The notes: generated by a model not told the origin, from the letters alone. 43,296 nt of DNA from an uncultured Bdellovibrio sp. (GCA_963932905.1 CAWVRN010000033.1:1-43296), one strand, 5' to 3'; shown: positions 18,247 to 28,703, counted from the stretch's first letter. Translations and numbers: made by a program.

Positions 18247-18900
18247 TTAAAAATTTCCTGCTTCAATCGCTTGACTAAGGACATCATCTAACATTAACCC
18301 GTTTTCTACGAGCTCAACAGATGAGACTTCTTTTTTTCGTTCTGAAAACATCATAGGTACAATCAGGAAAATTCCGCCATATACATCATATTGAAACTTT
18401 CTCGAAGTGTAGTCCCCAATAAGTTTACCAGAGGAATCAAATACTTTAAGACGCAAATATTTTTCAGCATCAAGCTTTGTGGGTAAGATTCCAAAAGACA
18501 GGGCAGAAATCCAAAGCCAACCATAGTTTTTCGTATTTTGAACCTCTGAAAATATAAGCGTAAACTCAGCCACCGAAAGTTTTGATTGTATCGTCACGGG
18601 AAGTCGCTTCAGAAGACTATCCTTAAAAATCAGCGTTTTACTGCTATAATTTTTATTTGGCTTTCCAAGAGATGCAAACGGCAAGAAGTCAAAATCTGAA
18701 TTTTCAAAGTTAGTATAGGCCACATGAGCATCGAACGGTTTTGTTCCTCGAGAAAAAGGTACGGTAATTTGAGGCGGTCTTTCTTTTGCGAGCGATAAAA
18801 CTACACATCCGGTCTGGCATAACAATAAAACGATTAAAATGGAGAGTGCCCGTAGATCACTCAATGAAGATGTTCTAAAAATTTCCAACCTCAACATCAT
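18247..18900 (-). CDS. Lipoprotein, TLGIIP-motif family
   Basis: Lipobox QTGC; WISALSFGILP and YGGIFLIVP. Start codon uncertain. Confidence 0.75.
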   Translation of the reverse strand: MMLRLEIFRTSSLSDLRALSILIVLLLCQTGCVVLSLAKERPPQITVPFSRGTKPFDAHVAYTNFENSDFDFLPFASLGKPNKNYSSKTLIFKDSLLKRLPVTIQSKLSVAEFTLIFSEVQNTKNYGWLWISALSFGILPTKLDAEKYLRLKVFDSSGKLIGDYTSRKFQYDVYGGIFLIVPMMFSERKKEVSSVELVENGLMLDDVLSQAIEAGNF

Positions 18901-19450
18901 TTTTCATTTTTTTCAGTATATCCTGAATTAAAATGTTCTCGGCAAAATATTTTTCTTTAGTTATGGACTGATATATTCCTGCTGGAAACAAAAGAAAGAA
19001 TCTCCATACCTCGTAATTTATTGAGGACTCATATTGTTTTCTCAATCTATTCTTGTCGTAGACTTTCCAGATTAAACTTTTGGTGTGACGTTCTGGAATG
19101 GGAAGAAATATTCCGTACCGAGGATCACCAAACGTCAATTTAGAACTAAAAACCACTTCAATGACCACATCTGATGGCGATTCATAGGATTCGATTTCTC
19201 TACTGATGGATTTGAAAAGATTCAGATCCTCAAGTTCCTTTGCTATTTTATCAGCTAGATAACTTTGATCAATTCTTATCTCCGACCGGTTTAATTTTCC
19301 CAAGGGCTCTTCAATAACACTAAGGCTAACATTAAAACTCGATGAGTTTTTTGACGGCGCAGCTTTTTCTTCGCTATTGCGAGAATAGGTTGCGCAGCCA
19401 AAAATCGAAAACATGGCGAAAAAAATAATAAACTGACTTAGATTATTCAT
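18875..19450 (-). CDS. Lipoprotein, divergent member of the same family
   Basis: Lipobox IFGC; YGIFLPIP and VWRFFLLFP in the equivalent positions. Confidence 0.72.
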   Translation of the reverse strand: MNNLSQFIIFFAMFSIFGCATYSRNSEEKAAPSKNSSSFNVSLSVIEEPLGKLNRSEIRIDQSYLADKIAKELEDLNLFKSISREIESYESPSDVVIEVVFSSKLTFGDPRYGIFLPIPERHTKSLIWKVYDKNRLRKQYESSINYEVWRFFLLFPAGIYQSITKEKYFAENILIQDILKKMKNDVEVGNF

Positions 19451-19509
19451 CTTAATAAAGATTTACAAAAAACTATTGATTTGGCCAGTCCTAATTTGCA
19501 TAATTGCGT

Positions 19510-20598
19510 ATGCATCGAATTCTATCAGTGATTTTGATTCCTTGTCTTTTTGGCTGCGTCCTGATTCCAAAGAAAAAAACTTCGGACTATATTACGTCTT
19601 CGTCCTCTTGCACTGAAATCATCGCAATGGCTCGCGAAAGCAGAATAGAAATGCGCCTGAACTATCTTCTGCCTTTACATAAAAAAAATTGTTATCAGGA
19701 AGTTATCGCTCTTGGATCTGAAATTCGCCAAAGCAACCGAGACAAGTATATCAGTATTTCCCAAGAGTTGGCTGAAGCTGTTGCCTATGAAGGCTATTCA
19801 AAAGAATATGTTTTAGAGGCTTACGAAAGAATTTTCCTAAGTATATTGATATCTATATCTTACCAGAATTTGAATCAATTCCCAGAGGCTCAAATTGAGC
19901 TGAATAAAGCATACGACGAATCCGTAGCCAAAATTTACAACTCCGGAGAAGATGAGATAAATACATTTCTTCAAGCGTTATTATGGAATCGACTATCCGG
20001 TTACGAAAAGGCTGCTCCATTTTTTCGAAAAATTGATGAAACTAAGGAATGGCACACGCATTTGAAAAAGTTCGCAAAAAAAATTGCGACCGAAATTACT
20101 AGACAGAAACGTTCTAAAACTATTGATGTCTACACTTTTAATACCCTGCCTAAAATTCATTTTGATTGGTTCGAAAATTATTCGGAAATTTTCAGCCCGC
20201 GATTGAGCGTAAAAGATTGCATATCATCTGACGGAATTATTTTAACGACAGCAGATTGGGTTAAGCAGATAGAAAGCCGAGACAAGGACGGCAAAGATCC
20301 ACTTCTTATTTATAAGCGTGCTGCCAGATTACCCGTGGCGTCTTTGCTTTCGGCTTTAGTCATCGGCGTCGGGGTTTCCGTAAGTGCAAATGCTGGGGGC
20401 CACTCTGGGGAGGCTTTGGCCGTGACCGCGATTCTAGCTTACGAAACGTTTGTGGGAGCAATGGCTCCGGATATGAGATACTGGTACGAACTTCCGCAGG
20501 CGTTTTACTTTGGAACCGATGAGACTCTTAAAACCGATCCGTGCCTACGACGCTATCGAGATAACAATAATACAATTACAAAATTTATTAGCTTTTAG
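19510..20598 (+). CDS. Helical-repeat lipoprotein, COG3014-like
   Basis: Lipobox LFGC; YVLEAYERIFLSILISISY...AQIELNKA and PDMRYWYELP resemble COG3014 proteins. Confidence 0.6.
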   Translation: MHRILSVILIPCLFGCVLIPKKKTSDYITSSSSCTEIIAMARESRIEMRLNYLLPLHKKNCYQEVIALGSEIRQSNRDKYISISQELAEAVAYEGYSKEYVLEAYERIFLSILISISYQNLNQFPEAQIELNKAYDESVAKIYNSGEDEINTFLQALLWNRLSGYEKAAPFFRKIDETKEWHTHLKKFAKKIATEITRQKRSKTIDVYTFNTLPKIHFDWFENYSEIFSPRLSVKDCISSDGIILTTADWVKQIESRDKDGKDPLLIYKRAARLPVASLLSALVIGVGVSVSANAGGHSGEALAVTAILAYETFVGAMAPDMRYWYELPQAFYFGTDETLKTDPCLRRYRDNNNTITKFISF

Positions 20599-20632
20599 AA
20601 TTTAGAGTGCGCGAACCACGAAAAGGAGTAAA

Positions 20633-21187
20633 ATGAAGACGATGTATTTCTGGCTTTGTGGGGGCCTCGTAGTTTGCTTGATGCAGGTTTCTTGTGTTTC
20701 TTTACCATTTGATCCGGGAGCTCCAAACTTAACAGCTAAAACGGACTCTTGGAAAATTCACCTCGAACCGATTGTAAGGGACAAAGATGGAGATCCATAC
20801 ATGAGCCTTTCAGAAGATATTATTGCGCACGCCAATATGACCTTTGGAAATAGTAATTCTGATATAGGTTTTAAAAAAGGTACGATAGAAATAGAAATAT
20901 CTGCCGATTCCAATTCTAGAAATTCTAAACTATTTGAGGTTTGGAAATGGGCAGGGTTCTTAACTCTAGGTATAATTCCTGTTGTAGAAAAAACTACATA
21001 TAAAGCAAGAGCCAGATTAAAGAACAATGGAATGGTCACCGAGATCGTAAAAGAAGTGGACGGGTATATTGTGTTTAACATTTTACTTCTTCCCTTCAAC
21101 ATTTTTAGAGATTGGCGCAAAGATAGCTCGAATGCTAAAAAAAGAGTTATCAACGAATTATCAGATGAATTGGCACAAATGAAATAG
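20633..21187 (+). CDS. Lipoprotein, TLGIIP-motif family
   Basis: AAGGAG RBS; lipobox QVSC; WAGFLTLGIIP and VFNILLLPF. Confidence 0.8.
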   Translation: MKTMYFWLCGGLVVCLMQVSCVSLPFDPGAPNLTAKTDSWKIHLEPIVRDKDGDPYMSLSEDIIAHANMTFGNSNSDIGFKKGTIEIEISADSNSRNSKLFEVWKWAGFLTLGIIPVVEKTTYKARARLKNNGMVTEIVKEVDGYIVFNILLLPFNIFRDWRKDSSNAKKRVINELSDELAQMK

Positions 21188-21659
21188 AAATGGATAAATG
21201 ATTTATACGTGTTCGGCTTAAACAGGCCCAAATCTTACTGAAGAAATTGGTTTAAAAGCAATAAACCATGAAATGCGCCGAGACAGAAGGCATATTTTGC
21301 ACATAAGAGGATTTGGAGTGCGAAGCTAAGTGTACCAAAAAGAGTCGGGGAAAATCGTAAACTTTGTCACCACGATTACAATAATTTCACCGCTATTCAG
21401 TCATATTCCGACTTGGATAACTCACATATTGCCATTAAAAAATCCGAAAAACAGGATGTCGTAACGCCAAGCATATGCTAAGGTTTCGGTGCCTGTTGAG
21501 ATTAACAAATTAATCGAGATACCGTTATGGAATCTCAATAGTTTAGCGCTTCTCGATTTCGAATGTTAGAGCTTTGAATGTGCATTTAAGGTAAAGTCTT
21601 TTAGCTATGAGAGACTTTGGTCTGGCGCGACAGGTATTAAAGTGGTTGTAACTCTCAGC

Positions 21660-21686
21660 TAAATTTAATTAATAAAATTCCGAATA
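21660..21686 (+). promoter_or_regulatory. Possible sigma28-type promoter
   Basis: TAAA-N15-TCCGAATA, 28 nt upstream of the nuclease ATG. Confidence 0.3.
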
Positions 21687-21714
21687 GTTTTCAAAAACAT
21701 CAAGGCAAAGCTAC

Positions 21715-22734
21715 ATGATTATTTTCAACCCAAAAGATAAGATTATTTATCAGCAATATGAGCATTCTTCTGAAGAATCTTTTGAAAAGATAGTAGTGGC
21801 ATTGTCCCTGGAAATTTTCGGTCGCGAATCCATTTACGTAGATATCAAAAAGAGAGTAAAAGGCGGCGATATAATTACTATTCCAGATGGGTACTTAATT
21901 GATTTAGCAGATCCTGAAAATCCAAATTTATATGTTATTGAAAACGAAATTGTATCTCATGACCCATTCAAACATATAGGTATTCAGTTATTGAAATTTG
22001 CAACTTCTTTCGACGAAGGAAAAGTTACCATAAGAAATTTTCTAATGGAAGAAATCAGCAAAAATGAGGCGAGTCTTAAGAAATTAGAAAAAGCATGCTC
22101 GAACTCTTCATATCGCAATATTGATAACTATCTAGATTCTGCAGTTTATAGAGAATTTAAAGCAATTGTTGTAATTGATGAAGCTAGAGAAGAACTTTAC
22201 AATGTTCTAGAAAAAATTAGGGCAAGTATTTCTGTTATTGAGCTAAAAACTTTTCAAAATGACTCAGGGGATTTCTTCTATCAGTTTAATTCTCTTTATG
22301 AAGAGCTGGGCGAAGACGTTGTTACTGAGAAAAGGCCATCTAATAGTTCTGCCGACGCAATGGAAAGAAAACGAAATCGTAGAGCAAAGTGCGACACGGT
22401 TGTTGTTCCAGCGAGAGAAGAAGGTTTTAAGAAAGTATTTTTGGGTGAGAATCGATGGTATGCGATTCGTATTGGCGCTGCGATGAAAGATAAGATTAAG
22501 TATATTGCTTCATATGAAAAGTCACCAATTAGTGCGATCACATACGTTGCAAAGGTAAAAGAAATACGACCTTACAAGGACACTGGAAAATATGAAGTGA
22601 TCTTCGAAGCACCAGCTGAAAAAATCGAGCCTATTAAGCTTCAGGATTCTAATATGTCACCACAGGGACCAGTTTACATTGAATATGAAAAGATTAAGAA
22701 TTCCAAAAATCTAGATGAGTTGCTGAAATACTAA
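21715..22734 (+). CDS. PD-(D/E)XK-like endonuclease fused to a putative PUA/EVE-like C-terminal domain
   Basis: N-terminal E(SEESFE)...IPDGYLID...LYVIENE nuclease motif; linker; C-terminal VVVPAREEGF...WYAIRI...KYIASY..SPISAITYVAKV domain. Confidence 0.65.
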   Translation: MIIFNPKDKIIYQQYEHSSEESFEKIVVALSLEIFGRESIYVDIKKRVKGGDIITIPDGYLIDLADPENPNLYVIENEIVSHDPFKHIGIQLLKFATSFDEGKVTIRNFLMEEISKNEASLKKLEKACSNSSYRNIDNYLDSAVYREFKAIVVIDEAREELYNVLEKIRASISVIELKTFQNDSGDFFYQFNSLYEELGEDVVTEKRPSNSSADAMERKRNRRAKCDTVVVPAREEGFKKVFLGENRWYAIRIGAAMKDKIKYIASYEKSPISAITYVAKVKEIRPYKDTGKYEVIFEAPAEKIEPIKLQDSNMSPQGPVYIEYEKIKNSKNLDELLKY

Positions 22735-22921
22735 TTTTTAATAGTAATATATCGAAAAAATTAGAGTTTACATAGTAACAAAGCCTACATGGCAGCTGAC
22801 TTCAAAAAAATAAAAAATTGAGGCGATTTGAATTACGAAAATGTAAAAAAGTCAGGACCTAAGTTTAGATTCCATTGGTTGAATATTATAAATCAATTAA
22901 CTTTAGTGTTAATATTTAATT

Positions 22922-23215
22922 ATGAATACGGTAAAAAAACAAATTGCGGAAATTATTAGAAAAAGACGGATCGAATTGAACATGACCCAAGCACAAGTGT
23001 CAGAACTTTTAGGGTATAATAGCTGCCAGTTTTTTAGTATGGTTGAAAGAGGACTGGCTAAATGCCCAATTCAGACTCTAGGGTCACTATCCGTTATATT
23101 GAATATTCCAAAAGAACGCTTTATTTCAATTTTAGTAACTGATTATAAAGATCACCTCTGGGACAGTCTAAATGCTGGATCGAAGATGGTCAAAGTCCCT
23201 AGTAAAGCCGGGTAG
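22922..23215 (+). CDS. XRE-family HTH transcriptional regulator
   Basis: IRKRRIELNMTQAQVSELLGYNSCQFFSMVERG. Confidence 0.9.
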   Translation: MNTVKKQIAEIIRKRRIELNMTQAQVSELLGYNSCQFFSMVERGLAKCPIQTLGSLSVILNIPKERFISILVTDYKDHLWDSLNAGSKMVKVPSKAG

Positions 23216-23244
23216 ACGGTGAAGGCATCTCTGATGTGACCAAG

Positions 23245-23272
23245 AAAGCGGAGAAAACGTCTTCCGTTTTTT
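23245..23272 (+). terminator. Probable intrinsic terminator between convergent genes
   Basis: AAAGCGGA...TTCCG stem followed by TTTTTT. Confidence 0.45.
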
Positions 23273-23280
23273 GAATCTAT

Positions 23281-24042
23281 TTAATATAAAACTATCCAGG
23301 ACGCTGACAAAATATAGCCGTTTATTCTATGGAAATTAGCCGGTTCGTAATGGGCGTTGTGGTAACTCAAATCAACGTCGTTGCTGACTCCGATACTTAA
23401 ATCCAAAGCCGTATTTTTATTGCCCAAGAGTTCGCCTATCTTATAGGACCTGACTCCGACTATAAAAAGATCGTTTATCAGACTATACTCAAGCGTGTTA
23501 TGAAGCCTAAATGCGTCTTCGTCTCTGAAAGCAAATTGAAAGTATCGAGAACTTTTTATTCGCTCAGCGCTAAAATAGTAGATAGAGTTGTTTTTTGCCA
23601 TGGAAAGGAGCGCTTTGCCTCCATAGCGCTCTCCTGGAAAAAGTACTCCTCCATACATCGCCACCACTGCTACTAGGAAGGATTCATTTTTGTAAAGGTC
23701 GTATTGTAAATTGAAATTTAAAGAAAAGTTTAAAAAAATAATTCGCGTTGGTCCAAACTGTATGCCACCCCTTAAGTCTTTAAACAGCCCGGCTCCCACG
23801 CTAATAGCATATGTTGGCAGTTCTTTTACGGTGACCTCTGTTCCATCTATAGAGCTATTCACTTTTTCCTCAATACCAGAAGTCTCAAAATCTATTTGAA
23901 CAGATTTTCTAGGTTCGAATTCAGGCCAAAACATAATTTTGACTTGGTTGTCATCTAACCTATAGGCCAAAGAAGACCAACTAGTGCTTAAAAATAGAAC
24001 TGATATAAGAAAAACGGCTATTCTAACATAGTTGCTAAACAT
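23281..24042 (-). CDS. Hypothetical secreted protein (possible outer-membrane beta-barrel)
   Basis: Signal peptide; alternating beta-strand pattern; aromatic C-terminus. Confidence 0.6.
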   Translation of the reverse strand: MFSNYVRIAVFLISVLFLSTSWSSLAYRLDDNQVKIMFWPEFEPRKSVQIDFETSGIEEKVNSSIDGTEVTVKELPTYAISVGAGLFKDLRGGIQFGPTRIIFLNFSLNFNLQYDLYKNESFLVAVVAMYGGVLFPGERYGGKALLSMAKNNSIYYFSAERIKSSRYFQFAFRDEDAFRLHNTLEYSLINDLFIVGVRSYKIGELLGNKNTALDLSIGVSNDVDLSYHNAHYEPANFHRINGYILSASWIVLY

Positions 24043-24188
24043 ACTTGAACTATATTACTTTAGAGATAAAGACCTCAATCATTTTGTTGCAAAAACGTAG
24101 ATCTCAAGAATGGTCCAAGATCAATAACTCTTTGGGGTCTTGGAATGCTATATGGTGGAATGATAATGATCTTTTAATTGGAGAAGAC

Positions 24189-24752
24189 TTGGAAAAAATA
24201 TTTTCAATTGTTTTGGCTTTGTCCGTTAGTGGATGTGTAATAACTGGTCCAACGAGATCGGAAAGAATTGCCGTGGCCGATCTTGAATATATGGATGGGA
24301 TTTCAGCTGTTATCGAAGTTGAAGACAAAACAGCGATTGCAAGTCACGACTTCGATTATATAGATATTAAAAAGACTATAGAAAAAGAAGTAATGAGGCA
24401 AAATGAGAGTAGAAAAGAATTGCCGCAGAAACCAAAGTTGAAGTTTACTTATTTAAAATGTGAAACCACCGGACACTTTCCATCAGATTCAAATGGATTA
24501 AATATGATAATTCGAATTTTTACTTTTGGTATAGTGGCTACTGGAGATATTAAAAAATGCCCTTCTTTATTGGAGATACAAGATCCAACAACGGGTGTAA
24601 CGAATTCCAAGTACGAAACTTCTGTTGAAAATAGGCAAGGAGGAAGTATTTTTGAGTATCTTGGGAATCATTCCGAAGTTCGCAAAGCGAATAGAATTCT
24701 TATTCCGATGAAAAAGCTACTTTTGGAATATCAGGGCGTAACCAAAAAGTAA
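24189..24752 (+). CDS. Lipoprotein, TLGIIP-like family
   Basis: GGAG RBS plus TTG 24189; MEKIFSIVLALSVSGC lipobox; RIFTFGIVATG motif. Confidence 0.72.
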   Translation: MEKIFSIVLALSVSGCVITGPTRSERIAVADLEYMDGISAVIEVEDKTAIASHDFDYIDIKKTIEKEVMRQNESRKELPQKPKLKFTYLKCETTGHFPSDSNGLNMIIRIFTFGIVATGDIKKCPSLLEIQDPTTGVTNSKYETSVENRQGGSIFEYLGNHSEVRKANRILIPMKKLLLEYQGVTKK

Positions 24753-24929
24753 TTATCAAGAATTTTTGGAAATCAATGTGTGAAAATAATATCTTTAGTT
24801 TCACACAGCGAACATACGATTGGGAGTTTTTTTGCAAATGGCTTTTGTTTTTATTAGAACCGAACTGGGAAGTGGAGGCGATTTTAAGCTCAGTTTGGAA
24901 AGAATGCGCCGTTGATGGGCGTATTGGCA

Positions 24930-25322
24930 TTAGCTTCCATATTTTTCTTTTAAATCTTGCGATTTTTCAATAGCCTCCGAAATACAATAGAAAAGCTTTT
25001 CACTATTAAATTTCTCAACTACGCCTAGAAACGATGGATCAGTATTCTCGGGCACATCAACAAATAATTGGGACGTGTAAAGAATAAAATTTCCGGGATA
25101 GCCGAAAGCTGTTTTGAATTTCAGTAAATCGACCCCGTTGCCGTTAGGCATGTTAAAGTCTGAAATGATAAAGTCAAATTTTTGTCCACTCGTAAGAAGG
25201 CTAATGCCTTCATTTCCCGAAGATGCGTTAGTAATGTTTATATTTTTGTATTGAGTAGTTAGATGTACGAAAGTTATCTGTTGCAATTCTTCTTCATCGT
25301 CAAGCAGTAGAATTTCAATCAT
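24930..25322 (-). CDS. Single-domain response regulator (CheY-like)
   Basis: ILLLDDE, FIISDFNMPNGNG, LYTS and EK motifs. Likely start is ATG 25322. Confidence 0.9.
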   Translation of the reverse strand: MIEILLLDDEEELQQITFVHLTTQYKNINITNASSGNEGISLLTSGQKFDFIISDFNMPNGNGVDLLKFKTAFGYPGNFILYTSQLFVDVPENTDPSFLGVVEKFNSEKLFYCISEAIEKSQDLKEKYGS

Positions 25323-25818
25323 GTCTAGGTCCCTTTTTCTTTTTTTGTTTGTCAATTAGGATAGAAAGTCCGTTTTTGCCAAGCATGCCAAGTAGAAGTG
25401 AGAGGGCCATTATGTGGCTCGATCTTTTGGAAGGCTCAAACGCAGCAAGAATTTTCAATTCTCTATTCATTCTTTCTTCTGGTGATTCGCCTTGTAAAAT
25501 TGGTGCGTAGATAATTGTCGTTTTCTCGCCGATTGCATTTTCCGTTCTGAGGCTGTCAATATTTTCAAACTTCACCCGATGGGTAACGCTGACGAAACCA
25601 AAAAGATTCGGTTCTTCTTGGCTGCTCTGATTGTAATAGCGATAGAATTCATGAATAAGAGCGTCGAATCCTTGAGCCATGTCCTCAAAATTTTTGAATT
25701 TTAGGTCTGTTAGCGAAGGTTCGAGGATTGAAGGATTAATTTCTGGTCCGCGTACTGAATCAGGTTTTAGATGCGCCTTTGACTTTTTAGGAGATGCTTT
25801 CTTTTTTAGATGTCTCAT
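25315..25818 (-). CDS. Hypothetical protein
   Basis: GAGG RBS; coupled to the receiver gene. Confidence 0.65.
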   Translation of the reverse strand: MRHLKKKASPKKSKAHLKPDSVRGPEINPSILEPSLTDLKFKNFEDMAQGFDALIHEFYRYYNQSSQEEPNLFGFVSVTHRVKFENIDSLRTENAIGEKTTIIYAPILQGESPEERMNRELKILAAFEPSKRSSHIMALSLLLGMLGKNGLSILIDKQKKKKGPRHD

Positions 25819-25978
25819 TTAATTCCTCATATTCTTTAATATTAAATATAACATATCGTAATTAATATTTAACTACAAAGTGAATTTGTGATAAAATTCG
25901 GTCAATTGGATACGCTTTAGGTAAGTCGAGAGGGTCATAATATTAGACAGAAGGCGGGATATTGGCTATTTTAAGAAA

Positions 25979-26368
25979 ATGGCAAAGACTTCAAAAAAAT
26001 TAAGCGATAAAACTTCGAAAACGGCAGCCCCTGTCAGGGACTTCTTAAAGAAAATTCTTAAAAAGCATATCAATACCCTTGAAGACAGAAGGGCGCTTGC
26101 TGAGTTTCTGGGACATTCCCAATCATCTGTGGGTAATCTTTTGCGAGGAGAGGGTAGTTTAGATACTTGGATAGCTGTCGTTTGCTACTACTATAAGATA
26201 GATGGTGAAAAACTATTGGAGATTGTTCAAAATTTTGATTCGCTGATGAAAAAATACCAACCAACAGAATCAGATAAAATCGCCGCCCAGATCAAATTAG
26301 AAGAAAATAAACGAAAGGCACTATTTAGTGCCCTATTGACTGCCGTTAGAATTATTGAAGAAGAGTAA
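25979..26368 (+). CDS. Putative HTH DNA-binding protein
   Basis: RRALAEFLGHSQSSVGNLLRGE is HTH-like. Divergent from the previous operon. Confidence 0.65.
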   Translation: MAKTSKKLSDKTSKTAAPVRDFLKKILKKHINTLEDRRALAEFLGHSQSSVGNLLRGEGSLDTWIAVVCYYYKIDGEKLLEIVQNFDSLMKKYQPTESDKIAAQIKLEENKRKALFSALLTAVRIIEEE

Positions 26369-26396
26369 TATAAGCAGTTGTTCTAATTAATACAAA

Positions 26397-27362
26397 CTAG
26401 TATTTAAAACTGATTTCTAAGATATAGTCTGGGAAAGACATTTGCTGCTCATTGCCATTTTTATTTGTTGAGCTAATTTTCCAAAATTCAAATTTATCAC
26501 TTTCCAATTTCCCACTAGAATAACAGTTTTCAATTTCAAGGAAATTTTCGCCGGAACTATCTTGCTCCTCAATTTCGATTTTCGAGATATCGTAGTCTAT
26601 TTCGCTAATTGGAGAAATCTCCTCTAGTTTCATGAATTTAAGGTAATCTTCATAAAATATTTCGAAACTTGATTTGGGGAAAAAAAATCCGCTATTGTTA
26701 TCCGGTAAAGGTATAAATCCAAATCTATAATCTTTTGTTGTTGGAAACCTAATATATTTATGTATTTTACTTTCATATATTTTAAAATTTCTTTCTTGTT
26801 CATATTCTAAAAACCGTTCTGATTTTACCATGCCAATTGACTTATTTTTTTTTACTTTTCGATGGAAATATCTGTAGAGCAAAATCAGCGGCGTAGCCTT
26901 AAACGTTCTTGAAAAGTTCAATTGTTTAAAAATTTGCCCCTCTTTCTTGCCTGACGGATTTTTATTGAATTTATCAATAAGGAGAATTGTTGTAGGTGAA
27001 TTGAGAAATTTCTTCCCGTCAATTCTGCCAGCAATCGTAAAATGTTTATGAAGTCGAAAATAAGGTTGAGCTTCATCCCAATGTAATTTCTTAGATTGAA
27101 ATAAAACTTTAAAAACCATATTTTCTTCGTTTTTATAAGTTCCTTTGAAAATAAACAGAATGTCGCTTCCTGTCGAAGCTTCTTTAAAACATTTGTCGAA
27201 ATATTTGATATCAACGTGGTTAATTTCTTTCATCGAGTTGATGATAGCAATCGTTGTCGCAGTTTCAGGTTGAGTTATTTTAGGATTTTTGTAGGGTTTT
27301 AAAAACTCATACACTGAATTGTTTATGAGTTTTATGAAATTGGAAAATGAGGGGTTAATCAT
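26397..27362 (-). CDS. PD-(D/E)XK-superfamily nuclease-like protein (DUF6615-like)
   Basis: ETATT...EASTGSDILFIF...VLFQSKKL (E...G-x-D...Q-x-K). Very AT-rich. Confidence 0.6.
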   Translation of the reverse strand: MINPSFSNFIKLINNSVYEFLKPYKNPKITQPETATTIAIINSMKEINHVDIKYFDKCFKEASTGSDILFIFKGTYKNEENMVFKVLFQSKKLHWDEAQPYFRLHKHFTIAGRIDGKKFLNSPTTILLIDKFNKNPSGKKEGQIFKQLNFSRTFKATPLILLYRYFHRKVKKNKSIGMVKSERFLEYEQERNFKIYESKIHKYIRFPTTKDYRFGFIPLPDNNSGFFFPKSSFEIFYEDYLKFMKLEEISPISEIDYDISKIEIEEQDSSGENFLEIENCYSSGKLESDKFEFWKISSTNKNGNEQQMSFPDYILEISFKY

Positions 27363-27774
27363 TTTTAAAGACTATCAATTAATAACTAAATTTAAATAAC
27401 TATTAAAAAAACTAGACTTTGAAATCCTATTGCTCGATAGTAGTTCGGTCTTATAAATCGCTTTCTATGATATTAAGACTCAAAACATAAAGTAACTTGA
27501 TTTGATTATTTGCCCCAGGGTCAATTCTCAATTGCTCTAGCCCTTGCTTCTTTTAAAAACACATTCATTCTTAGTTTTAAAAATAACTCTTAGCTTTTTA
27601 TAGACTATTTTCGCTATCAACATTATTTATGCAGATGATAAATGAATGTTGTGGTATGTCTCATTACAGCATTTCTTGGGCCGAACTCATTATCTCTGTT
27701 ATTCTTCTAGGGTTTCGAGGTATACTAGTCCTAACGTCAACAAAGATGTGAACATTTATTCCACAGGAGGAATC

Positions 27775-28245
27775 ATGGGAGCAACAGGGTCAATAGTAGC
27801 AACAATTTCTGCAGTGAAGCACACCGTCGATTTAGTAAATATAATTCGTGAAAGTGCCAAGTCACTTAAAGATGCAGAAAACGATTTGAAACTAGCAGAG
27901 TTACTCGGCTCACTCGCCAAAGTTAAAACTAACGTTGCAGAAATTGAAAATCAATTAACTGAGAAAGATAGAGAGATTCGTGGGCTTAAGGCAAAGTTAA
28001 AACTTCAATCCGAAGTAGACTGGCAAGATCCTTTTTATTTTAAAAAGCTTGAAAATGGAAACCTTGATGGACCATTCTGTCAGCAATGCCATGATAACGA
28101 TCACAAATTGATTAGAGTTCCCAAAGCGGATTCACCTTGGCTTACTTGCAACACTTGTAAGTCTAACTTTGAAAACAAGAGTTACGTTCCTGTAGATTAT
28201 TCTGGTGGCTATTCTGCTGGTGGGCCAAACGACTGGATGGGCTAA
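27775..28245 (+). CDS. Coiled-coil plus zinc-ribbon protein
   Basis: AGGAGG RBS; heptad region; GPFCQQCHD...LTCNTC. Confidence 0.8.
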   Translation: MGATGSIVATISAVKHTVDLVNIIRESAKSLKDAENDLKLAELLGSLAKVKTNVAEIENQLTEKDREIRGLKAKLKLQSEVDWQDPFYFKKLENGNLDGPFCQQCHDNDHKLIRVPKADSPWLTCNTCKSNFENKSYVPVDYSGGYSAGGPNDWMG

Positions 28246-28259
28246 GTACCTATTAAGTC

Positions 28260-28703
28260 TCATAGGTGTTCTAACAGCTCTTCTATTTCGGATGTTAAAT
28301 AGTAAGTAGATCCGTTATCCATCGAAATTAAATTACCCTCAGATTCCTCGAAATTTTCATAGTCAGATTTGGCAATTTCCCACGAAACGGGATCTAATTC
28401 TTTCATAATGGTAACGGCATCGAAACTCATCCATCCTATAGTTACAGTTTCGTTTTCAAGAGTCGACCTTACTGATTCCTCAAATGCCTCTTCAGTATTC
28501 ACGGGAGTGAGTTTTTCGTTTAAAATTTCTTCTATTACCCAGTCTAGACCATATTCGCAGCCGTTCGGAGTCGATCTCATCAAGTCATCGCTACCACACG
28601 ACTGGCATCGTCCATTTGGACAAACATGATAGCAAGAGTAGCAAAATGGGTTGGAATAATTCGAAGCTAAAATTTCAAGTTTAGATTTAAGATCAGAGTT
28701 CAT
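28260..28703 (-). CDS. Acidic protein with an N-terminal Cys4 zinc finger
   Basis: AGGAG RBS plus ATG 28703; CYSC...CQSC; Glu/Asp-rich C-terminal two thirds. Confidence 0.8.
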   Translation of the reverse strand: MNSDLKSKLEILASNYSNPFCYSCYHVCPNGRCQSCGSDDLMRSTPNGCEYGLDWVIEEILNEKLTPVNTEEAFEESVRSTLENETVTIGWMSFDAVTIMKELDPVSWEIAKSDYENFEESEGNLISMDNGSTYYLTSEIEELLEHL

